A stretch of DNA of 64,000 nucleotides, from contig MHBQ01000059.1 of the NCBI GenBank assembly GCA_001803315.1, positions 17,188 through 81,187 of the forward strand. Reading direction: 5' to 3'. Positions within the stretch are counted from its first letter, which is position 1, and every line of letters begins with the position of its first letter. Shown here in pieces: positions 52,960 through 60,973 of the stretch. The position numbers and the translations under genes were made by a program. The notes under the pieces are model-generated. The model saw only the letters and a program-made list of their open reading frames with translations, made no database searches and had not been told where the DNA came from. The DNA is from Lentisphaerae bacterium RIFOXYC12_FULL_60_16 (GTDB lineage: Bacteria; Verrucomicrobiota; Kiritimatiellia; UBA8416; YA12-FULL-60-10).

Positions 52960-53523
52960 ATGGTAGTCGTGATGATCGAATCTCGCCCACATGCCATCGT
53001 TCCAACGGTCCTCCTCGTCGAGGACAATCCCGACGAACTTTCCGCTGACTGCCGCATCATTGGTTCCCGTTTCCCCGTCCTTTCGGCAACCTGCGGAAGT
53101 GACGCATTGTACTCCGCTCGCCAGGCGCTACCGACGGTCATTGTCCTCGATGTCATGATGCCCGGAAGGATGAACGGATTTGATTTCCTTCACGAACTCA
53201 GCACGGATCCGCTTACCCGCGATATTCCGGTTATCTTCCTGTCAGCGGCAAACCGCACCCGATACCTGTCGTTCAACATCAGGGAAATTGGCCGGCGTTT
53301 CGGGAACGAACCCGTCGCCTTTCTCGAGAAACCCGCTTCCCCCGAACGGCTTCTACAAGCCGTAACCGAAGCCTCGGTCGACGCGCTGGCCCGCAGCCCG
53401 CACAAAGGACACACACCCGATGACATCCACCATTCCCCGATTCAAGCCCGACAAAAGATGTTTCGCCATAGCCGGCAAACCTTTGTTGGTATAGGCTGGG
53501 GGCGTTTGCAGTCTTTTTTTTGA
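52960..53523 (+). CDS. Stand-alone CheY-like response regulator receiver domain (paralog of 37104-37553)
   Basis: Receiver motifs VLLVEDN, VLDVMMP, IPVIFLS. The C-terminal extent is uncertain. Confidence 0.6.
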   Translation: MVVVMIESRPHAIVPTVLLVEDNPDELSADCRIIGSRFPVLSATCGSDALYSARQALPTVIVLDVMMPGRMNGFDFLHELSTDPLTRDIPVIFLSAANRTRYLSFNIREIGRRFGNEPVAFLEKPASPERLLQAVTEASVDALARSPHKGHTPDDIHHSPIQARQKMFRHSRQTFVGIGWGRLQSFF

Positions 53524-53584
53524 TGTGCTATCCTTTTCCGTCGTGTATCCGCGTTTGAAGCGCAATACGCATGTCAGGAGCAGC

Positions 53585-54571
53585 ATGCAACAGGTGTTGG
53601 TGACAGGAGCCACCGGTTTTATCGGCATCGAAGTAGCCGAGCAATTGTGCCGTAAGGGGTTCAAGCCGCGGTTGCTCGTGCGAAGACCACACCGGGCAAA
53701 CTTCCTCCACGGCCTTCTTCCGGATGCCGAACTGATGCAGGGCGATCTGGAGGGTCCCCTCGGCTTGGCGCGCGCTGTGGAGGGCGTGGACACCGTCATT
53801 CACCTCGGCGCCCGGGCGGTATTCGAGGAGTACAAGCGGCTGCGTTCATCCATTGTCGACGGCTCTACGTTCCTTATGCGGGCCGCGGTAGCGGCAGGGG
53901 TCAAGACGTTCGTCTATGCAAGCAGCATGCTGGTCTATGGCGCGAACAGCGGTGTAATCGACCCCGGCACGCCGGTCGCCCCCATGACCGGCTACGGCAG
54001 GGCCAAGGTCGAGACGGAAGCGGCATTGCGAACCCTGGCGGAAGCGTCGGGGATGAACCTGGCCATCGTTCGGTTGCCGCACGTCTATGGAGCCAGAGAT
54101 TTTATCTTCGGACAGGTCCACCGTGGGCGGGTCATTCTCCCGGGCAGCGGGCGAAATCTGTTTTCACACCTGCACGTTCAGGATGCGGCGCGGCTATTGA
54201 TTGCCGCGGCGGAAAACGGCAGGCACGGGTCAAGTCCGGTGGCCGACGATCTGGCCGTGTCGTGGAACGACTTCTTCGACGAGATCAGGAATTACTATCC
54301 GCATTTCAGGCGGATCCGGATGCCCCGCTGGATGGCGTTGGCGGGAACCTGCATGCTGACACCGTTCCACCGCCTCAGTCGGCAGCCGTCCATGTCAACC
54401 CCACAGGCCGTTCGCGCGTGGAACATGACCCTGACGGTGAAGAAAGGCGTATTCTGGGATGAACTCGGATTGAAGCCCGACTATCCCACCATACACGAGG
54501 GGATTCCCGCCGTCATGGACGCTTGTCTTCAATTCCGCTGGATCCATTCCATCGACGATCATATCGCGTAA
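53585..54571 (+). CDS. NAD-dependent epimerase/dehydratase family (SDR) protein
   Basis: Rossmann motif VTGATGFIG and an Y..K catalytic pair region. Confidence 0.7.
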   Translation: MQQVLVTGATGFIGIEVAEQLCRKGFKPRLLVRRPHRANFLHGLLPDAELMQGDLEGPLGLARAVEGVDTVIHLGARAVFEEYKRLRSSIVDGSTFLMRAAVAAGVKTFVYASSMLVYGANSGVIDPGTPVAPMTGYGRAKVETEAALRTLAEASGMNLAIVRLPHVYGARDFIFGQVHRGRVILPGSGRNLFSHLHVQDAARLLIAAAENGRHGSSPVADDLAVSWNDFFDEIRNYYPHFRRIRMPRWMALAGTCMLTPFHRLSRQPSMSTPQAVRAWNMTLTVKKGVFWDELGLKPDYPTIHEGIPAVMDACLQFRWIHSIDDHIA

Positions 54572-54761
54572 CACATTAAATCCAATACGCTTGTTTATGG
54601 TAGCATAGTCCGATATCGCATCACAGGCATCAATGCGTAATATAAATCGTAGTTTTGTCCCATGGCGATCGGCGTTGGTTGATATCACAATGGACCGGAA
54701 AATTGCGCGATAGAGGCAATTACGACAAGCCGGTTAATGAATAAAGAACGGGGAATCGCAC

Positions 54762-55661
54762 ATGAAGCTGGAAGACATATATCAGCCTATCGCAGGCGAA
54801 CTCCTGAACGTTGAACAGTTCATAAAAGAACAGTTGCGTCTTCTCTGCCGGCGCGATGATTTCGCGGACAAGGTTTTCCGTTCCTTTTTCCATGCACCGG
54901 GGAAAAAACTGCGCCCCAGCCTGGTTCTTTTGTCGGCATACACCCTGCAACAAAATAACACACCGGCATCCAGCGATACATCTTCCAGTTATCATCGTTT
55001 GATTGCGCTGGCCGCGATTACGGAGCTTGTCCATAGCGCCAGCCTGATGCATGACGATGTTCTGGATGAAGCATCCCTGCGCAGGGGACATCCCAGTCTC
55101 AATGCGCTGTTCGGGAACAAGGTCGCCATTCTCGCCGGAGACATGCTCTATTCCCAGGCCTTCGACCTTTTGGCGGAAATCGCCGGAGACCGAATTATCC
55201 GGCTTCTGGCCCAATGTGTCCGCAGAATGTGTCGAGGCGAAATTAGCAATTTGCAGGGACACGATTTCGGAGCGTACCGCGCCATCATCGAAGATAAGAC
55301 ATCTTCCTTCATGGCTTTCTGCTGCCAGGCCGGCGCATGGCTGGCCGACGCGCAGGGCGAAAATCCCCAACACATAGAGGCGCTTTCCCAGTTCGGCTTC
55401 TGCTTCGGCACGGTTTACCAGTTGGCGGACGACCTTGGAGATCAGGATGATGCGATCACCCTGGCGTGCCGGGACCAAGTCATTGATTTACTCGAAAAAT
55501 CCATCCGTCAGGCAGAATATCATTTACAGGGACTTCCTCCATCCGTTTACCGAACGAGCCTCGCCATGCTTCTGCAGTATGTCGTGTCCAAATCGGAACC
55601 CCTGGCCGAGAACGTGGCACTCCCGGTCGCCTCGATGGAACTGGTCGAACAACGTTGCTGA
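54762..55661 (+). CDS. ispB: Long-chain polyprenyl diphosphate synthase (IspB/HepT-like)
   Basis: Two aspartate-rich motifs, LMHDDVLDEA and QLADDLGD. GC is lower (~52%). Confidence 0.85.
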   Translation: MKLEDIYQPIAGELLNVEQFIKEQLRLLCRRDDFADKVFRSFFHAPGKKLRPSLVLLSAYTLQQNNTPASSDTSSSYHRLIALAAITELVHSASLMHDDVLDEASLRRGHPSLNALFGNKVAILAGDMLYSQAFDLLAEIAGDRIIRLLAQCVRRMCRGEISNLQGHDFGAYRAIIEDKTSSFMAFCCQAGAWLADAQGENPQHIEALSQFGFCFGTVYQLADDLGDQDDAITLACRDQVIDLLEKSIRQAEYHLQGLPPSVYRTSLAMLLQYVVSKSEPLAENVALPVASMELVEQRC

Positions 55662-55687
55662 CAAATTAATACAAGGAAATATAATCA

Positions 55688-56377
55688 ATGAAAATCCGGT
55701 TATCGCTGACATTTCTGGGGTTCCTTCTACTGACCCGGCTTCTTTCCGCCGAAACGCAAGACGTATCATCCTGCCGTATTGTCCTCGCACCCGGCAGCAA
55801 GCTCTGGCTGGATGGCGATTCCACGATCCACCGGTATGAAAGCGAAGCCTCCGTCATCCAGATCGATTCACAAGTGCCCTTGAATAAAGCAGTCGCCGAA
55901 TCCGGGAAAACACCTTCTGTCGACATCCTGATCCAGTCCACCACCGTAACGGTGTTTGTGCTGACCATTCCCGTCGAGAAGATGAAATCCGGCATCGTGG
56001 GCCTGGCCTCGCAAATGCATAAGGCGCTGAAACACAAGGCACACCCGAATATTGTTTTCCGGATGCGTAATTATCAGGCCCATCCAACGCAAGACACGGA
56101 AGACGCGGAAAATCTCTACACGATTACCGTCGAAGGTGATCTCACCCTGGCCGGCGTGACCAACCGCATCAGCGTCGAAACGCTCGGGGCCATAGAAGAA
56201 GATCGCCTCCATGCCACCGGGCAGAAAAACCTGCTGATGTCGGATTTCGGCGTTACTCCGCCAACGCTGTTCTTCGGCTCCATCAAGGTGGCTAACGAAG
56301 TGAATATTCACTGGGATCTGAACCTGACGCTTACGTCGGAAAGGAGCGATACTATGGCGCCTACCCCTCTGCCGTAA
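55688..56377 (+). CDS. YceI-like polyisoprenoid-binding periplasmic protein with signal peptide
   Basis: A signal peptide is followed by a YceI-like beta-barrel pattern. It sits adjacent to the polyprenyl synthase. Confidence 0.7.
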   Translation: MKIRLSLTFLGFLLLTRLLSAETQDVSSCRIVLAPGSKLWLDGDSTIHRYESEASVIQIDSQVPLNKAVAESGKTPSVDILIQSTTVTVFVLTIPVEKMKSGIVGLASQMHKALKHKAHPNIVFRMRNYQAHPTQDTEDAENLYTITVEGDLTLAGVTNRISVETLGAIEEDRLHATGQKNLLMSDFGVTPPTLFFGSIKVANEVNIHWDLNLTLTSERSDTMAPTPLP

Positions 56378-56439
56378 GACAGGTTTGCGGCAGACCCCCG
56401 CGGAGTACTTTGAATTTATTGAACCACAAAAGAAAGTGA

Positions 56440-57762
56440 ATGAAAGCTATGAGCAAGAAGATGTTGATCGTGTTTGCGTTGGCGCTATTCCCGTTTCTGC
56501 CCGGTGTGACAAGACCTGCCCGGGCGTCGGAATTGACTGCGAAAAACCAGGATAGTACGGTAAATATCGATGGTCGACTTCAGATGCTTGCGGTTCTGGA
56601 GTCTCTCGACAATCACGGATGGAAAGACGATCAAAGATTGCTCCTCTTTTTAAAGCAGGCGCGTCTGAACTTGAATGGCGTCTACAATAACTGCGACTAT
56701 TCGCTGCAGCTGATGTTTGGAGGCGAAGAGCTTCCGAAAGCCAACAGCGTAATGTCACTGCTGGATGCGTATGTCAACGTTCCGTTCGTGGAGGATCTGT
56801 TTGAAGTGAAGGCCGGACAGTTCAGAGTCCCTTACGGTCGTGAACGGCTGTATGATTCTGGCGCCATGGTCAACACGGAACGTTCCATCCAGAATAACTT
56901 TTTCAACATTGGGCGCGATGTGGGTCTTGCGGCGCATACCAAGGCCGGCATTTTCTCCGGCGCATTGGGCGTTTTTACCGGAGGCGGCATCAACGTTCCC
57001 CAGCGATATATCCCCGAGGATCTTGGTGTTCCCATGCTGATCACGCGTCTGGGCGTCAATAAGGATTTGGACAAGGATGTGTTCACCCCTTACCAGAACA
57101 GCGATGAGGCATCTACCGGCGTAAAATATGCGGCCTATGTGAATGGCGCCTACACGGAAGATTCCCGCGTGGGGCACTCGACGCCTCTCAACGTCAAATA
57201 TTTTGACAAGTCGCTGATGCTGAACGCAAACTGGAATCCGTATATCGGAGCCGCGAATCAAAAGGCGATATTCTCACAGGTTGGCGTAGATGCCGCCGTC
57301 GAGATTCCGCTCTCCGAGAAAACGGACCTACGGCTGTCTGCCGAGGCGAATATCGCAAACTTCAAGAACGATGCTGGAAGCCTCGAAGCCATCGGCGGCG
57401 TGATTGGCGCAAACCTGATGATGAAGAATTGGGAATTGGGGCTTCGGTATGCCGTGGTCTCCCCCGATTCGAAATTTGCGTACACCCGCACGGACACCGA
57501 AACCGGCGAAAAAACCCTGTTCCCCATCACGGACAAGAACATTTCCGAAATCACACCCAGCGTGGTGTATTATGCGCGAAAGTTTGGGGCAAAGTTTATC
57601 GCGGATCTCGCCATTCAATTAGACGTTCCGATGGGAATAGAAAAAGACCATGGCCTGTACAACTTGATGCTACAGCCTGATTCAGTCAGCAATATCGCAA
57701 AGGGTGGCAAGGAATTGCAGGATGTATACGTGGCGCGGTTAATCGCTCAGTATGATTTCTAA
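56440..57762 (+). CDS. Outer-membrane beta-barrel porin-like protein (signal peptide, C-terminal Phe)
   Basis: A signal peptide (MKAMSKKMLIVFALALFPFLPGVTRPARA) and alternating amphipathic beta-strands, ending in the residues YDF. It lies in a lower-GC region. Confidence 0.55.
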   Translation: MKAMSKKMLIVFALALFPFLPGVTRPARASELTAKNQDSTVNIDGRLQMLAVLESLDNHGWKDDQRLLLFLKQARLNLNGVYNNCDYSLQLMFGGEELPKANSVMSLLDAYVNVPFVEDLFEVKAGQFRVPYGRERLYDSGAMVNTERSIQNNFFNIGRDVGLAAHTKAGIFSGALGVFTGGGINVPQRYIPEDLGVPMLITRLGVNKDLDKDVFTPYQNSDEASTGVKYAAYVNGAYTEDSRVGHSTPLNVKYFDKSLMLNANWNPYIGAANQKAIFSQVGVDAAVEIPLSEKTDLRLSAEANIANFKNDAGSLEAIGGVIGANLMMKNWELGLRYAVVSPDSKFAYTRTDTETGEKTLFPITDKNISEITPSVVYYARKFGAKFIADLAIQLDVPMGIEKDHGLYNLMLQPDSVSNIAKGGKELQDVYVARLIAQYDF

Positions 57763-58119
57763 ATCGAAATAAAGAGACTCCTGGGGAGTCGGTCATGGAC
57801 CGGCTTCCCAGGGGAATCCGGTCCAGTCCGCGGCACGGTTGAAACAGATGGTAATGGTATAGCTTCGGGCGGGGTTACATGCAACGGCGGCTGAGCGCCG
57901 AAATCGGCGCCGCACTTTCGGTGCTGGCCGATACCGGGTACATCTTTCAACCGGCAACATGGTCTTGACTCGTGCCGCGTTCGTGCGCGGCGTTTCTGGC
58001 CCTTCCTTTACCGCTGTACATCTTGATATGGATCAATATCGTCAGTCACGGTGTCTGGGCCGTGGCTATTTTTGTGCTGTTCCCCGTGATGCAACCGGAT
58101 ACACTCCTTTGAGTCGCCA

Positions 58120-59640
58120 ATGACCACGGACGAACCAGCACATCCCCAGGGACGGGGCCGCTTGACGGAACGGTTTTGCGACGGATTAACCACGCAACCG
58201 ATCCCACGGTACGGCACGGTGCTGGTAACCGGGGCGACGGGATATATCGGGGGACGGTTGGTGCCCGAATTGCTCGATCGGGGATACACCGTGCGAGCCA
58301 TGGTCCGCGCGGCCTCCCCCGAACATCACGACCGCTGGCCAACGGCCGAGATCGTCGTCGCCGACGCCGCGAATCCCGCAACCCTCGACACCGCCCTGAA
58401 GGGCGTGCATACCGCCTATTACCTGATCCATTCCCTGCTCCTAGGACCCCGGCGCTTCGAGATCCAGGATTTGGCAAACGCCACGGCCTTCCGGAATGCC
58501 GCCGAACGGTGCGGCGTCAAGCGCATCATCTACCTGGGGGGGCTCGGCGATGTCCGCACGGTTCTTTCCCCGCACTTGCGCAGCCGGGTGGATGTGGCGG
58601 AAGCGTTGAAGCGGGGCGCAATTCCCACGACCATTCTCCGGGCGGCGATCATCATCGGATCCGGCAGCGCTTCCTACGAAATTGTCCACCACCTCGTACG
58701 GCGACTCCCGGTGATTGTCCTCCCCCGCTGGACCCTTACACGATGCCAGCCCATCGCCATCCGGGATATCATCCGATACCTGGTGGGAGTCCTGGAATTG
58801 CCCGGCACCGCCGGCGACTCATTCGATATCGGCGGCAACGACATCCTGACTTACGAGGACATGATGCGCACACTCGCCGGCATACTCGGCAAGCCTCGAC
58901 TGTTTATCCGCTCCCGCTTCAGCAGCGTCCATTTCTACGCCTATTTTGCCGGACTTCTAACCCCGGTTCCGGCGCCCATCGTCTGGAGCCTGATGGAGGG
59001 GCTCCGGAACGACGTCATCTGCCTGGACAACCGGATCGGCGCCATCCTGCCATTCCCCACCCTCTCCTACCGCGAAGCGATCGTGGAGGCCATGTCCAGG
59101 GAAGAACAGGATGCCGTACACACGCGCTGGTCGGACAGCTATCCGCCGGCCCACGAACTGGCCATCAAACTGCACGAGTTGAAACTGCTCCCGCGTTACC
59201 GGACCACCTACACCCTGGCAACCTCAAAACCGGACGCCTCGCTTTTTCGATCAATCTGCCACATCGGAGGAAAAGGGGGCTGGTTTCACGGCAATTGGTT
59301 GTGGCGCCTGCGCGGCATGCTCGACAGCCTGCTGATGGGAGTTGGAACCGCGCGCGGCAGACGGAGTTCTTCCTCCCTGCGCGTAAACGACGTCATCGAC
59401 TTCTGGCGGGTCGAATCGTTGGACCCGAACCGGCGGCTCCTGTTGCGCGCCGAGATGAAACTGCCCGGCCGCGCCTGGCTCGAGTTCCAGATCGATCCGA
59501 CCGGGGACCGCCGCCAACTCGGCGTGACGGCTTATTTCGACACGCAAAGCCGCTTCGGCCAAATCTACTGGTACCTCTTCCTGCCGTTTCACTGGTACAT
59601 CTTCGGCAACCTGATCCGCCGGATCGAGGAGAAGAGCTGA
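58120..59640 (+). CDS. NAD(P)-binding (NmrA/SDR-like) protein with C-terminal DUF2867-like domain
   Basis: Rossmann motif VLVTGATGYIGG, 506 aa. Confidence 0.65.
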   Translation: MTTDEPAHPQGRGRLTERFCDGLTTQPIPRYGTVLVTGATGYIGGRLVPELLDRGYTVRAMVRAASPEHHDRWPTAEIVVADAANPATLDTALKGVHTAYYLIHSLLLGPRRFEIQDLANATAFRNAAERCGVKRIIYLGGLGDVRTVLSPHLRSRVDVAEALKRGAIPTTILRAAIIIGSGSASYEIVHHLVRRLPVIVLPRWTLTRCQPIAIRDIIRYLVGVLELPGTAGDSFDIGGNDILTYEDMMRTLAGILGKPRLFIRSRFSSVHFYAYFAGLLTPVPAPIVWSLMEGLRNDVICLDNRIGAILPFPTLSYREAIVEAMSREEQDAVHTRWSDSYPPAHELAIKLHELKLLPRYRTTYTLATSKPDASLFRSICHIGGKGGWFHGNWLWRLRGMLDSLLMGVGTARGRRSSSSLRVNDVIDFWRVESLDPNRRLLLRAEMKLPGRAWLEFQIDPTGDRRQLGVTAYFDTQSRFGQIYWYLFLPFHWYIFGNLIRRIEEKS

Positions 59641-59751
59641 AAGGTTAACCTCCAATCCATAAAGATGAAGTAGACAATCATCATCAGAGAGGCATAACCT
59701 GCACATGCAGTACACGGAAGCATAGCCATTCGATGCGCTAAAGGAGTCCCC

Positions 59752-60937
59752 ATGGTTAACACAATGCTGATTGCGGCGGTGGTGATCTTCGTTTACGTGA
59801 ATCTCGTTCATCTTCTGGCGCATCATCCGGCTTCCCGACGGCACCGCGTGGAGGTTCGGAGATGCGGCGGCACCGGCTTGCGACCTGCGGATCTGGAGCT
59901 ACCGTTTCTTCCCGCGGCTCGTATTCCACGGCGATATTGGATTCGGCGAAGCATTCACAGCCGGGGAATGGACCTCCAAGAACCTCGAAGCGCTTGTCAC
60001 GCTTCTGGCAAATAATATGTCCTCGCTTGACCCTGCGGCGATTAATCCGGGCCCCCTTAGCCGCTTTGCCCACCGGATACTCCACACCCGCCGACGCAAT
60101 ACGCCGCAGGGAAGCCGCCGCAACATCCATGAACACTATAATCTCGGCAACGACTTCTACTGCCTGTGGCTGGATCCTGAGACCCTGTTGTATTCCTGCG
60201 CGGTTTTCGAACGACCGGACCAGACACTGGCCGACGCGCAGATTGCCAAAATCCGGCGTGTCTTGGAGATGGCCGGAATTCGTCCGGAACACCACGTGCT
60301 GGAAATCGGCTGCGGCTGGGGCGGATTCGCGATCGAAGCGGTCCGCCTGACCGGTTGCCGGGTTACCGGCATTACCATTTCGGAAGCGCAACTCGAACTC
60401 GCACAAGCACGTGTACAGGCCGCAGGGCTGGCGGATCGGATCGAATTACGGTTGCTGGATTACCGCGATCTGGACGGGCGTTATGACCGCATCGTTTCCA
60501 TCGAGATGCTGGAAGCGGTCGGGCACGAGTATTTCGAATGCTTCTTCCGAAAATGCACCGGGGTGCTCAAGCCGGAAGGCCGTTTAGCCCTGCAGGTCAT
60601 CACCATCCCCCACGAGCGTTACGAGCCGTATCGGCGCAGTCCGGACTGGATCCAGAAGCATATCTTTCCCGGCGGGGTTCTGCCTTCGCGTGAAATTCTT
60701 GCCACGGCGATGGAGACCGCAGGGCTGCGCATCGGGCAGGCCGACAACATCGGCCAACACTATCCGCCCACCCTGCGCGCCTGGCGCGAGCAGTTCAATG
60801 CCCACGCCGCGGACCTGAGCCGTATGGGTTTCGACACCACGTTCCAGCGCAAATGGAACTACTACTTCGCGTACTGCGAGGCCGGATTCGCGACCGGGCA
60901 TATCGATGACTGGCTGCTCGCCTTGGTCCGCCGCTGA
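59752..60937 (+). pseudogene. cfa: Cyclopropane-fatty-acyl-phospholipid synthase family methyltransferase, reading frame interrupted by an apparent +1 frameshift near 59820
   Basis: A strong RBS AAGGAG and ATG at 59752 open one frame. Cfa N-terminal homology (IIRLPDGTAWRFGD...FFPRLVFHGDIGFGEAF...) continues in the +1 frame from ~59822. That frame has a stop at 59723 and no start codon before 60017. The conserved core HEHYNLGNDFY...LEIGCGWGG lies downstream. Confidence 0.55.
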
Positions 60938-60973
60938 AAACGGCTGGCAGGTGTGAGGGCACCCGTCCCCCCA

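Noticed and set aside
57790-57830. Imperfect inverted repeat CCTGGGGAG...CTTCCCAGG after the porin gene
   Set aside because: Contains a mismatch and has no T-run. Not convincing as a terminator.
60017-60937. Treating ATG 60017 as the genuine cfa start
   Set aside because: No RBS is present and it would remove ~90 conserved N-terminal residues. Those residues are clearly encoded upstream in-frame, so the frameshift interpretation is preferred.
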